A stretch of DNA of 63,653 nt, the filler included, from Folioceros fuciformis (taxonomy: Eukaryota), in the NCBI GenBank assembly GCA_049999805.1. It is 8 parts of 8 records of this genome, joined end to end, with 100 filler letters (N's around TTAATTAATTAA, not from the genome) between each part and the next. Parts side by side here need not be neighbours in the genome. Positions count along the whole stretch, not along the records: positions 43,284 to 50,048 come from JBNGIO010005854.1; positions 50,149 to 53,190 come from JBNGIO010005855.1; positions 53,291 to 59,278 come from JBNGIO010005857.1; positions 59,379 to 63,653 come from JBNGIO010005859.1; 4 more parts are not named here. The stretch is one strand, 5' to 3'. Below the pieces are notes generated by a model. That model was not told the origin of the DNA. It saw only the letters and a list, made by a program, of their open reading frames with translations, and searched no databases. A program made the translations under genes and the position numbers. Positions 47,501 through 59,721 of the stretch are shown here, in pieces (within the stretch, counting starts at the first letter, position 1; every line of letters begins with the position of its first letter).

Positions 47501-48891
47501 CGTTTGGTGGCAAGGGGATTCTCTCAGATCCCTAGCTTGGACTATCTTGAAACGTTTTCTCCAGTAGTCAAGTTGTCCACTCTTCGAATTATCCTTGCCA
47601 TATCCACACATTACGATTATGAGTTGCAAATGTACGATGTCAAAACAGCTTTCTTATACGGCAAATTAGACACAGAAATATACATGCAGCAACCGCCTCG
47701 ATATGTAGTGAAGGGTAAAGCAAACTATGCCTGTAAGCTGATCAAGTGTATATATGGGTTAAAGCAGTCAGCTATGAAATGGAATGCTGCCCTAGATACA
47801 GAACTTCTACAGCTTGGATTCACAAAGAGCCAGGCAGACAGCAGTCTATACATATACTCGAAAGGAGAGGTTATATGCTATCTGGCAGTCTACGTGGACG
47901 GTCTGATACTGTCCAGTAACAGTCAGGCCTTTATAACAAGCATTACAGATGTGTTGGCCACTAAGTTTAAGATGTCATGTTTGGGACCCTTACAGAGCTG
48001 CCTTGGAATACACATTCAGAGGGATAGAAAACAACGGGTTATGACTCTTACTCAACCACGTTACCTTCTTGATTATGTTGAACAGCTAGGTTTAAAGGAT
48101 GCCAAGCCTGCATCGACACCCATGGCAGCAGGTCAGAAACTTAGCAAGGCTATGTCATCAACTACACGTGATGAGAAAGAACAGATGAAGGGCGTACCTT
48201 ACAGACAAGGTGTTGGCAAGCTTATATACGCTAGTAACACGACGAGACTTGAAATAGCTTATTCTACAAGTGTACTCTCCCAGTTCTTGGAAGATCCAGG
48301 ACTGGAGCATTGGACAAGTCTTAAGCGTGTGTTCAGATACCTGAAAGGAACACCCAGATTAGGTATCACGTACAAGTATCAAGAAGGAAAAGCATTGGAC
48401 CTGGAAGTCTTTACTAACTCTGATTATGCAGGTGATATTGATAGCAGAAAATCAGTATCTGGTTACCTGATTAGAATTGCTGCAGGGCCAGTTTGCTGGT
48501 CAAGCAAAAAGCAGCCTACAGTCGCTCTTTCTTCGACAGAAGCAGAGTATCGTGTACTGACTGCAGCAGCAAAAGAGGTAGCTTGGTGTAAGCTACTGTT
48601 TAAGGAGTTAGGCATCTCGATCCCAACTTGTACCACAATACAAACCGACAACCAAGGTTCGATGGCTTTAGCCAAGAATCCAGTGTTCCATGCACGAACG
48701 AACACGTGGAGGTGGAATACCATTACATCAGAGGACTGGTAGCAGAAGGAAAGATTGAACTTCACTATGTCTCAACTCAAGAAAACCCGGCAGACATACT
48801 TACAAAGGCTTTGAGCAGAGATGCTCACAACAAGCACATTCAGCGTCTTGGTATGGGAGAGGCACAAGCCTTCTCATCCAGTACAATCTAA
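44527..48891 (+). pseudogene. Copia F gag-pol polyprotein with several lesions
   Basis: FKEKDRFGG, CNWCKLPGHWEREC, WYLDTGAT, LRSDNGGEF, YVDG (degenerate YVDD), SSTEAEY. Stops at 44746, 44959, 46814, 47423 and a frameshift near 48700. Confidence 0.95.
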
Positions 48892-48904
48892 CAAGAAACC
48901 TAGC

Positions 48905-49843
48905 CTAAAACACCGGTGACTCATAGCCATCAAAATAAGCAGAGCATCCAAAGTCTATCTCGTCTCCAGACTGCTGGGATTCGGAAGTAGACTCATCTTC
49001 TATTGGGTAAGGGTTGTGACAGCCACCAGGTGACAGATCTCCAGGAAAGCCAGGATGGACTCTTTTCTTGAGAGGGGTTTCTTCAACTCTCAGCCTTTCT
49101 TCCTTCTTAGCCTCCTCCCTGAGTCTCTGTATGTAAACCGAGAAACAAGAAGATTGTAAGTAATCCTGCAAAAGATAACAGCAACAAAAGGACTTGATAC
49201 AGCAAGCAAGAACAGCAGCAGCTACTCACTGTACGTGTTGACCACATGGACAGGGATGTTCTCACACACTTCGACCTTCATGCGCTGCATCTTCAATTCA
49301 GTAAGACCGACCCACACCAAATACCAGAAAGGTGAGCAAGGATGCTCCAGTGATCCACAAGTGACAATATGGGTCTTCATGAAGCCGTGCCTTGGCTTTG
49401 GGAACTTCGCAGGCACACGCCGTGCTGGGCCATCTTCGTAGTAAGCAAAATCAAGGTTCAGAACTCTGACCAGAGGGGTGTATCCAGTCTGTGGCGGCGG
49501 AGAAGAGTCGTGAGTGTCCATATATTGCTGACCAGCAGCAAGTTCAGCATTGCGCCACTCCAAGACTTTTTTTGGTTGTCCCCTTCGGCCTGCCAACAGC
49601 TCGCTTGCTACAGGAAGCCTTTGTCTCAGCGGTTTGATCACTTCTGGTAGTTGTCTTAGTCGCAAATCTTCCTAGGGCGTCACGCTTGTGACGGCGGCGG
49701 TGCTTGGGAGCATCGGAATCAGAACCAGAAGACATGATGAAGAGAAGGCACGAGATCCAGCGCTCCAGCAGCTCAGACAATGCAAGAGACAAGAACCAGC
49801 TGAGTTTTATGAAAGCGGCGGCATCACCACCAGAACTCATCAT
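48905..49843 (-). other. Antisense coding-like region of Copia F (three consecutive ORFs, possible 64-nt intron 49229-49166)
   Basis: ORFs 49843-49544, 49665-49222 and 49171-48905 tile the whole pol-to-PPT gap. GTGAGT...TCTTTTGCAG intron-like segment. Confidence 0.5.
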
Positions 49844-50148
49844 GCTCAGCTGGAGAACGTGGAGCGCAATTGTGTACAGTTGTCTTTGGGACGTAACACG
49901 CAGTTGAAGTAACGTTCACGAGGACTGAGCGGCGGCGTACCGTGCGCCGGAACGTACACCTAAATCATTATCAGCAAGTGGGAGTGTTAAAGAGTATTCG
50001 CATACATATGCTGATTATATTTAGGGCACGTTTGGTTAGCTTAAGTGANNNNNNNNNNNNNNNNNNNNNNNNNNNNNNNNNNNNNNNNNNNNTTAATTAA
50101 TTAANNNNNNNNNNNNNNNNNNNNNNNNNNNNNNNNNNNNNNNNNNNN

Positions 50149-53100
50149 TCCTGCAAGAGCAAGATCCAGCGAGCTATGCGGCCCGATAGGTCTGCCTTGT
50201 TGACCAGGTGCTTGAGAGCAAAATGATCAACATGGAAGACAAACTCATAGGAGAGGAGGTAGTGGCGGAATTTACGACAAGAGTAGACCATGCCAAGTGC
50301 CTCCCTCTCGGTTGTGGTGTACTTGCGTTCAGCCTCCGTAAGTTGATGTCCAACATAGTAGATTGGGTAGTCCCTCCCCTACTCATCCCGCTGGCTAAGG
50401 ACTGTCCCAATGGCAAAGGCTGAAACATCCACGTACACATGGAATTTCTTGTCCCAATCAGGCCCCTTGAGTGTTGGTGCTGTCACAAGAGTGGTCCTCA
50501 AGTCCTGAAATGCAGCCTCCCTCGCCGCTGTCCACTCCCAAGATTGCTCCTTCCTCAATATGCCCGTCAAAGGGGCAGCCCATCTAGCAAAATTTGGCAC
50601 GAATCGGCGGTAGTATCCCACCATCCCAAGGAAACCACGCAGCTCCTTCAGTGTGGCTGGGGCCCTCAAGGCAGCAATCACCTTCACCTTGTCCGGGTCC
50701 ACTTCAATGCCCCTTGCTGAAATTCTGTGACCTAGCAAGATCCCTTCAGCCATGCCAAAATAGCATTTCTCTGGATGCAAACAAAGCTGCGTCTCACGGC
50801 ACCTGGCCAAGCACAGCCTTAGGTGCTCTAGATGCTGCTCCACCCCTCCAGACACACAAAAATCATCTATGAACTCCTCTAGGAACTTGTGGAGGAAATC
50901 CTTGACGATCTTGTACATGCTGCGCATAAAGGACCCCGGTGCTCTTGTCAGCCCAAAAGCACTCCTCTTGTAGGCGAATGTCCCCCAATCAGTTGTGAAG
51001 GCTGTCAATGGCCAGTCACTCTCCCTGAGGGACAGCTGATTGTAACCAGAATAGCCATCCAAAAAAGAGTAAATCATGCGGCCAGCCACCAAATCCAGAA
51101 TGTTGTCAATGAATGGCAAGGGGAAATGATCCTTCTTGGTGGCTTTGTTCAGCCTTCTCCAGTCCTGGCACACTCGGATCTTCCCTTGCTGTTTCTTGGG
51201 CACCACCACGATTGGGGCCACCCAATCTGAGTTCACAATTGGAAAAATCACATCTGCCTTCAAGTATTGCTCCAGCTGTTCCTTTACCTTCATGGAGTAT
51301 TTTGGATTCAGCTTGTATTGTGGAATTCGAACGGGAACAGCGCCTGGCTCCAAGTCAATCTTGTGCTCCCCCCACTCTTTGGGAATTCCCTTCATGTCTG
51401 TCACCTCAAAGGCAAACACATCGATAAACTCAGCCAGGAGTTGCTTCATTCCCCCTTCCAATTTGGCATCCAGCTGTTTGGAAAACTTTAGCACCTTGCC
51501 TGGAAACACCTCTACATCCTTAATTTCATCAGCCTGCACCCATTCACGCTGCACGGGTGCCGAGCTGACTCCAAACCCTTCTTCCGGCTCTCGGGGATCT
51601 TCCTCCCTCATTCCCCATTCCATGAATAAGTCTTCGGAGGTGAATCTAGTGACCTCTGTATCCTCACCAGCAAGCCCTTTAGACCTTGGGTCATAGCCCC
51701 CTTCCCTCATCTCATCTTCCTTCACACCCCTCTTGGCATGGGAGGCTTTTTCCTGGCCCTTCCCTTCAGCAACTCCAGCAGCCTGTCCTTCCACGTTTGC
51801 TGCTTCAGCCCCTACCATGTTGCAGTCCAAGGTGATCCCAAAACACTCGACCCGGTTCAGGGTATAAGGAATATCCCTTCGATAGTCCTCCTCTTCATCT
51901 GTCCATGATATGTGGGAAAAAGGGAATTTATCTTCCCCTTCCCCCTCCTCCAAATCAGTTGTGTCCCCCACGGACGTGTACCCCTCCGTGTCCGTTGGGG
52001 TCTCTCTGAGGTAGACATCCCGGCTCCAGCTCAAACAAATCCTACCCTCCTTTGTCTTGGGGTTCCATTCAGGTGGTTTGAAAGCCACCTCCTTCCTTCC
52101 CCATGACAGCCTGCACCTCGATCCATACAGCCAAGTCCTGCCCAGCAAGATGTCGTAGCCTGGTGCCTTGTGTTGAATGACCACAAAATCGAGAAGGTAG
52201 GGAATGGTCCCTATGGTCGTGGTTACCCCTCTCAGCTCCCCCACTGGCTGCATTCTAGACATATCGGCCAACCTCAAGACCTTGGTTGTGTGCTCGATCT
52301 CCAATCCGAGTTTCTTGGCGGTATCCTCCGTCATAATATTCACCCCTGAACCTGTATCCAGCGGCACCCTCTTAATCACACAGCCTGCAATTTCCACCTA
52401 CAGTTCAGCCGGTCCCTGGTCCACCATGGACACCATGTTGACCATGGGAGCCGACAACCTTGGCCCTGATTTAGGTAGCCTCTTCCTTCTCTTGGGTTGG
52501 GCCTCCTGCAATGCCTTCCGGACCTGCTGTCGATATTTAGGGTTATCCTTCAGGAGCTGACCAAAGGTAATAGCAAATTGCTGGTCCATGATGGCTCCAG
52601 CCAAATCAAATGGCTTCTGGACAGCCCCATTGGTGCCTTTGGTCACCGCTGCCACCTCCCTAGGTGGCAGACTTGCAGCCACGGGTGCTGACTCCTTTGC
52701 TGCCCTATCCAGCTCCTCCTGGATCATGTCTAGTACCTCTTCCCTCACATCTGGAGGAAATTCCATGTTTCCCCCCTTTGCTGGGGCTGCTCCCTCTCCA
52801 GCCCTTGATTTTTTCTCCTTGGGGGTCTGCCCTTCCTGGTCTCCTTTCTCCCGACATGATTCCTCCACATTTGGGGTGCCCTTCTCCTCCTCCGATCCTG
52901 CAGCAGATTCCACTTCCTTCCCCTTCTTCTTGGCACCCCGCTGCCTTCCCCTTCTCTTCCCACTACGAGTACATACCGCCATGGCTGCAGCCTCCCCATA
53001 ATAACCCTCCTTAGTGCTGTCCAGCCCTTCCAGCCCCTTAAGCACCTTGGCCTCGGCCTCCTCCCAAACAGCCATGAGGGCATCCTCCACGTGCATGGCC

Positions 53101-53190
53101 GTTGCAGCCCCTTGAGGTGCTGCTTGCAGCACCCCTGTCACCGCTGGCTGAGCAATCCTCACGCTCTTCCTAGGGTTCTGACAAAGCACG
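50149..53190 (-). mobile_element. Ty3/Gypsy gag-pol fragment (protease-RT-RNase H)
   Basis: LDTGSGVNIM protease, DWRRLNKATKKDHFPLP, LDGYSGYNQ, FIDD, YVDVSAFAIG and DHFALKHL...GRIARW in PR-RT-RH order. In-frame TAG at 52398. Confidence 0.95.
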
Positions 53191-54130
53191 NNNNNNNNNN
53201 NNNNNNNNNNNNNNNNNNNNNNNNNNNNNNNNNNTTAATTAATTAANNNNNNNNNNNNNNNNNNNNNNNNNNNNNNNNNNNNNNNNNNNNGCCCAGAGCG
53301 CTCTGCCGACAGCCCGCCTCCAACGTCCCGCCAGGTTTACAGCGCCCGCCTGGCCGGCACTAGGCTGCTTGTCTGCAGTCGGGCCGGGCTGCCTGCCTGC
53401 AGCCGGACGAAGCTGCCTGTTTCCAGGCGTGACCAACCACAACCAGCCTAGGCGCCCAGCCGGGCCTCCTGCACTTCGGCTGGCCGATTTGCCCAGGCAG
53501 GTCCGCAGTCCGATCAGCCAACCTGTCCCCCCTGATCCGACTGGTCGACAGCCTGCTTGGGATCTTGCAGCTAGGCTGCTGTCTAGCTTCTTGATCTTGC
53601 CCCGGCCATCTAGAGCCCCTAGCCAGCTGTCCTGATGGACGCGATCCAGGATAGCCAGCCATGACTGTCTGAACCCTGCGTCACCTGGTTGCTGCTATCA
53701 GGCTGCCCCTTGAGCCTGTGGCCAGCCGGTCCCGTGGCCTAGCAGAGATCCTAGCCGGGATCCGATCCCGGCAGCCTGCTCGCCACCGGCGCGGGCTGGG
53801 CTGCTTGGCTAAGCTCCTCAACCGGCCATCACCAGCCAGCAGCCCCTCTACCATCCTTCTCACATACCTGGCCCCCCTCCTGGCCAGCATGATCTAGATC
53901 AGCCAGAGGCCCGTCTGGCTACGATCCAGCGCCGCCTTAGGCTATCCGGCCCAGCTGCGACCAGCCGCCATGGCCAGGCCACCTGCCCAGCCAGCCTGAA
54001 TCCGGCTGGCCGCCTGCCTGCTTGGGCCCTGCAGCCAGGCTGCTGCTTGGCTTCTGGATCTGGCCCAACCTGCTACGTCTTGATCTGCCCCTGTAGCCGG
54101 CCAGCGACCGCCTGACCTGAGCCTCACCTG

Positions 54131-54241
54131 CCAGCCTTACCAGCCAGCCTTACCAACCAGCCTTACCAGCCAGCCTTACCAACCAGCCTTACTAACCAGC
54201 CTTACCAACCAGCCTTACCAACCAGCCTTACCAGCCAGCCT
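54131..54241. repeat. 13-bp minisatellite (CCAGCCTTACCAR), ~8.5 copies, inside a GC-rich CCAGC-rich repetitive block (53291-55230)
   Basis: Direct tandem copies. Confidence 0.95.
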
Positions 54242-55374
54242 CCAGCGCCGCCTCTGGGCTGCCTAGTTCAGATCTCCCTTGCCGATCGATCCGGCTACTA
54301 GCAGGCCTGGATCACCAAACCCCGCCTAGCCTGGATTCCTACAACCTCTAGGCTGTTGGGTCGCCGGCCAGCATATGCCTGGACGAGCTGCTAGGCAGTG
54401 CCGGATCCGCCTGTCCTCCCGGACCCAGTCATGCAGCCCGCTGCTGGGCCACCTATTGTTGGTCGGGTCTGTCCCCTCGTAGTGTTGCCTGCCTTCTGCC
54501 GGGCTGGGACGGCTGCTGGCTAAGCTCTTTAGCCGCCGCCTCCAACTAGAAGAAAGCCCTTGCTAGACCCCACCGCCAGCCGACTTGCTCCCGCTGCTAT
54601 CGACGATCCGGCCAGCCCGCCGCTTGGCTATGGTCCAGCCAGTCGGCCTGGCTGCCTAGATCCGCAGGCTTGCCTGCCTGCTTGCAGCCGGCCCAGGTTC
54701 ACTGCTGTCGAGACTCCTCAGCAGCCCATCACCTGCCATCAATCGGCACGCTGGCTGCCCATGCGTGCCTCCCGGATCCGGCCAGCCAGCCAGCCTACCC
54801 GACCTGGCTACCTGGCGCAATTGATGTTGTTGGCTGTCTAGGATGCTGGGCTACTGGCTAGGCTCCTTAGCAGCCTGCTAGACCACCAGCTAGCCACCGG
54901 CCTGTCATAGACTGCCCCGGCGACCTACCATACGCCACCGCACCGGCCTTGCCCCCATCTGGCCTACCTCCACCGCTGCGGGGATGCCTGCCTCTTTCAT
55001 ATCTACCCCTGGCCAACTCCGCCAGCCAAAGCCCGGTTGCTGTCGGCCCCCGATCTGACCAGATCCAGGCCACCGCCCCGATCCCGCCGGTCTACTAATC
55101 CGGCCACCTGTGCTCTTGTGATCCCTATCCACCCAATGCACCTAGGTAGCGTCCCGACACCTCCATCCCGTCCCCAGCTTCCACCAGCAATCTCCCAGAG
55201 AGAGCCAAGCCCCCCTCGCCTTCCATGACGTCCTGGGGTTTACTATTCCTCCATCACCTTACTCCAGGGACCAGAGCCCACGTCCTATCTACCACACAAC
55301 CTACCTACCCTATCTACTCACCATCAATCTAGCTACTATTCTAACCTAATCTCCCAACCTTTCCTCTACAACAC

Positions 55375-56346
55375 TCACTCACAAATCCAAAAAAAAAGAA
55401 AACCTATCATTTCAGCATGTGGAATCCACACAGAGTCTGAAGGTTGAGCCACTAGGCCCCCCTCCATTATTGGGATTCGTCTTCTTTTGAATCCACAAGC
55501 TTCCACCGTACCTTCCTCTGTGTGGATCTCTTGGGCTATCCCTTCACCACCACCTACAAGTTTGGTAGGGGAGGGTTCCCCTTGTTCCTCAACTTGAGGC
55601 TCCTTCCCTACGTAGGGTGGGAATGTTCCCTCCGTAGATAGGGTACCTACCATTCCTACCCCTCCTCTTGTAGGTAGGTTCCCTACGGAAGTAGGTACCC
55701 CTTGTTGCATGCTCTTCCTAGCCCATAGCAGCTCCTCAGGTTCCCATTGCGAGCTCTCCAGGTCCATACTGCTGTCCTCTTGAAAGTCTGTTGGTAGAGG
55801 CACTGTCTCCAGGGCCTCACGGTCGTCATCATGTGGCCCAAGATACCTTCGCCTCGCCAATGCTGCCAGTTCCTTGTGATGAGCGAGTAGACGTTGGTGT
55901 AGGTGGAGGTTGCGATTCTGTTGAGCTAGATCTATGGTATCCATGTCAACAACCCAATCCCCACCCTCGCATCTACTCTTGTAGATATCCCGTTCAGCCT
56001 CCATCGCCCCTACCTTCAACTGTAGGTCAAGGTTTTCTTGATGAGTTGCATGAAGCTTGGTCATGCACCCCGTCAAGTAGGCATAATCAGCACGAAACCT
56101 ACGAGCTCGAACCACCAGCATCCTGTGAATCTTGGTCTGATGCTCAGCTTCTTGTTGTGCTTTCTCCTGCTGAAGGTCTTCTAATTGGATGGTCAATTGT
56201 TCCCTCTCCACTCGCTCTCGTTGCCCTGCTTCAAGTCGTTGCTGGAGTTCCTGGTTCGCTTTAGCATTATGTGCCTCCAACTCATCTAGCTTGCCTTGTA
56301 AATCCTTTGCAACATAGACTTGTTCCTGTAGCTGTTCCTCCACCAC
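55375..56346 (-). CDS. Coiled-coil ORF remnant (323 aa), probably a TE accessory ORF, 5'-truncated
   Basis: Long E/Q/L heptad-rich frame that ends at the junction with Copia H. No enzyme motifs. Confidence 0.45.
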   Translation of the reverse strand: MVEEQLQEQVYVAKDLQGKLDELEAHNAKANQELQQRLEAGQRERVEREQLTIQLEDLQQEKAQQEAEHQTKIHRMLVVRARRFRADYAYLTGCMTKLHATHQENLDLQLKVGAMEAERDIYKSRCEGGDWVVDMDTIDLAQQNRNLHLHQRLLAHHKELAALARRRYLGPHDDDREALETVPLPTDFQEDSSMDLESSQWEPEELLWARKSMQQGVPTSVGNLPTRGGVGMVGTLSTEGTFPPYVGKEPQVEEQGEPSPTKLVGGGEGIAQEIHTEEGTVEACGFKRRRIPIMEGGLVAQPSDSVWIPHAEMIGFLFFWICE

Positions 56347-56379
56347 CTTCCTAGTTTCCTCAGACTGGGCGAGGTCCCT

Positions 56380-59200
56380 TCGACATGCAGAAAGGAGTCA
56401 GCTCTTCCAGAGTCCAATGTAGCCATGGGTAGAGCCAAGACGCCTTCAATACTTGTTGTTTGTGTGAATTCTGTCACTGTCCAGCAAGATAAGTGGTTTC
56501 TAGATTCATGTGCTACAAGTCACATATGTCTAGACAGGCGTGCCTTCTCATCTTTTGTTCCCTCTAAGAATGATAAGCGATTTGTGCTGTTAGGTGATGA
56601 TAGTGGTTTATCAATAAAGGGCACAGGTTGTGTCATGATACAACTACCTGGGCATGGGAGTCTCACCCTATCAGGAGTACTCTATGTCCCAGCTATGATG
56701 AAGAACCTCATGTCTGTTTACAAACTCACCCAAGAACACTTGTGTCAAGTTTTTGCTTCGACCACACAGGTTGTCATATATTTAGCCCCAACTCCAATCA
56801 TAAGTTGTTTTCTGGCCACCCGTATAATGACTTGTACATGCTTGATGTCTTAACTTTGGAACCTCCTACCATTCCATCTGCACATGCCCTCCAGGCGAAA
56901 CCCACCATGCATCTCTGGCACTGTCGCCTTGGCCATGTTAATTTTCAAAAATTGTTGTCTCTAGCTCATAGTGGTAGTTTTAGAGATACCCTCAACTTCA
57001 TCCCAGAGTCCAGCCCTTTCTGTGACTCATGTGCAATGAGCAAGGCACATTCCTTGCCTTACCGGGACAAGCACCTTACCCGTGCAAGGGCAGTCCTTGA
57101 AACAATTCACAGTGACATCTGCGGCCCCATATCGACGGCTTCTTTTGGAGGTGCATCATATTTTATCACATTTGTAGATGGTGGAGCCGGTATTGCACCG
57201 TATATTTGCTCAAGCACAAGAGTGAAGCCCTTGAGTGCTTCCAATCTCTTGTGAGGTATGCACAAAGGTAGACTGGTGCCCGTGTGAAGATTCTCCGTAC
57301 AGACAATAGTGGTGAGTATACCAGCCCAGCTTTCCAGGATTTTTGTGAAGCTGAAGGGATTCATCATCAATTCACTGTGCCCTACGCTCCAGCACAAAAA
57401 TCCTTTGCTGAGTGGAAGAATAGAACACTGCAGGAAGCCACCTTGGCGAGTTTACTTTTTTGCTGGCCTCACTCGTGGTTACTGGGCGGAGGCCCTCATG
57501 GCTACCAACTACATCCAGAATTGGCTGCCTACGAAGGAGTTGGGATCAATCACACCATATGAAAGATGGACAGGCAAGAAACCTCGCATTTCTCACCTAC
57601 GTGTGTTTGGCTCACCTGCATATGCTTTTATTCCATCTGAGTTGCGTACCAAGCTAGATCCCAAGGCACATCGACGTATCTTTGTTGGCTATTCCGATGA
57701 TGTGAAGGGCTATAAGCTTTTTGATCCTAATTCTCGCTCACTGACTATTTCACGAAGTGTAGTTTTTAACGAGAATGCCCTTCTTCAACGCCACCTGCAA
57801 CTGGTGCATACACCTATTGAGGTTTCTTCCTCGATTTATGGTGTTCAAATTGATGAGCCCCTTGATTCTCTTTCCTTGATCACCTATGACGACGATGAGG
57901 AGCCTCTGGGTTCAAGGGGGAGCTCCATCCAGCAGCCCGAGCCAGCACCAGCACAGTCTGCACAGCCACCTTCATCTGCTGTGCACAGCCACCCATCTGA
58001 AGATTCAGTTGTTCCAGAAGCTACTCATCCCATTGAAGTTCTTGCATTTGCTGATGATGAAGTTGCTGAACCAATGCTCTCACCCACTCTTGCTGGTCTT
58101 GCCATTGAAGAAGATGAGCCCGTCGACCCTCCTCTTCGTCGCTCAACAAGAGCTCGTCGTCCAATAGATGAATGGAAGCCAAACTATGTTGTCGGTATGG
58201 TCACTATAGAACCCTCCTCCTCAGACTTTGCTCTCAATGCAGCTGCTTCTCTTAGTGAACCTGCTACCTATCGAGAGGTAGTTGAAGGCCCTGAGGCCGA
58301 ACATTGGAAGCAGGCTATAGACTCAGAACATTCTTCCCTCCTACAGAATCAAACTTGGGAAGAAGTTGATTTACCTCCTGGTCGCAAGCCTGTTGCTTGC
58401 AAGTGGGTATTCAGGAAAAAGTTGAACACTGACAGGAGTGTAAGTAGGTACAAAGCAAGACTGGTAGCCAAGGGCTACAGTGAGGTACCTGGCCTTGACT
58501 ACATTGAGACTTTTGCGCCTGTTGTAAAATCCACCTCTATCAGAATTCTCCTTGCTATAGCTGCCCATTTCAATCTTACCATCCACCAATTAGATGTTAA
58601 AATTGCTTTTTTGCATGGTCGTCTAGAAGAGGACATCTACATGTGTCAGCCTGAGGGCTACATAAAGAATCCAGACAAGGTTCTGAAACTTCTATAAACA
58701 TTGTATGGTCTAAAACAGTCTTCTAGGGCATGGAATGAAGTTTTTCACCAAGTTCTCATTGAGCTAGGTTTTACTTGCCTTGATGCTGACAATAGTGTCT
58801 ACATACTATGTGAACTTCGAGATTTCATAATACTTTCTATCTATGTGGACGATAATTTCCTGTTTAGTACGTCAGCTGCCTTGATGGATAAGGTTAAGAG
58901 GATCTTGCTTACCAGGTTTGAGATGAGTGATTTAGGAGAACTCTCTTTTTCATTAGGAGTTCAATTCCATTTTAATCATGCGGACCATATAATCAACTTC
59001 CACCAAGAACACTTCGTCAAACAACTGCTACAATGTTTTCAAATGGAAGATGCAAAGCCAGTAGCAACTCCAATGGCAGTGGGAGAAAAGTTGTCCAAGG
59101 AGCAATCGCCTAGACTTTGGCTGAGAAGGCAAAAATGGCAAAGAAGCCATACAAGCAAGCTGTGGGTTGCTTGCTTTATTTGGTCTGTAACTTGGTGCAG
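56380..59200 (+). mobile_element. Copia pol fragment H (PR-INT-RT), same family as C
   Basis: DKWFLDSCATSHI, VLLGDDSGLSIKG (shared with C), LRTDNSGEY, LDVKIAFLHG, IYVDD. Frameshifted. Confidence 0.92.
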
Positions 59201-59378
59201 GTGTAGCTTGGGGGGTAGTCTTGCTCTTCCATGTGAGTAGTTAACCCTGGACGGCTTACGTTAGTCACGTTTGGGGTTNNNNNNNNNNNNNNNNNNNNNN
59301 NNNNNNNNNNNNNNNNNNNNNNTTAATTAATTAANNNNNNNNNNNNNNNNNNNNNNNNNNNNNNNNNNNNNNNNNNNN

Positions 59379-59721
59379 TTATCACGAAGACATGACATGC
59401 ACATAAAAGGAACACTGGAAAAAGGCAATTAAATTAGAATTAGAATCCCTACAAGCTAATAAGACTTGAACCCTAACTAGTCTACCTAAGGATAGAAAAT
59501 TAGTAGGCTCTAAGTGGACTTTTAAAATTAAGTTAAATGCTGATGGTAGCATAGAAAGATATAAAGCTAGACTAGTGGCAAAGGGATATTCTCAAAAGTA
59601 CGGATTTGATTATAATGAAACTTTTAGTCATATACTTAAGATAACCTCACTTAGGATTCTTGTAGCTTTAGCATCTCACCATGACTATGAATTAATGCAA
59701 CTTGACATCAACACAACATTT
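59379..59721 (+). mobile_element. Copia RT N-terminal fragment interrupted by element E
   Basis: [28 protein letters not shown]...ETFS...QLDINTTF. Confidence 0.85.

Larger units (their letters stand above)
43284..50048 (+). mobile_element. Near-complete Ty1/Copia element F with ORF0 and antisense 3' region; both LTRs cut by gaps
   Basis: PBS 43330-43341, gag-pol 44527-48891, PPT AGCAAGTGGGAG 49973-49984, 3' LTR from TGTTAAAG 49985. Confidence 0.95.
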
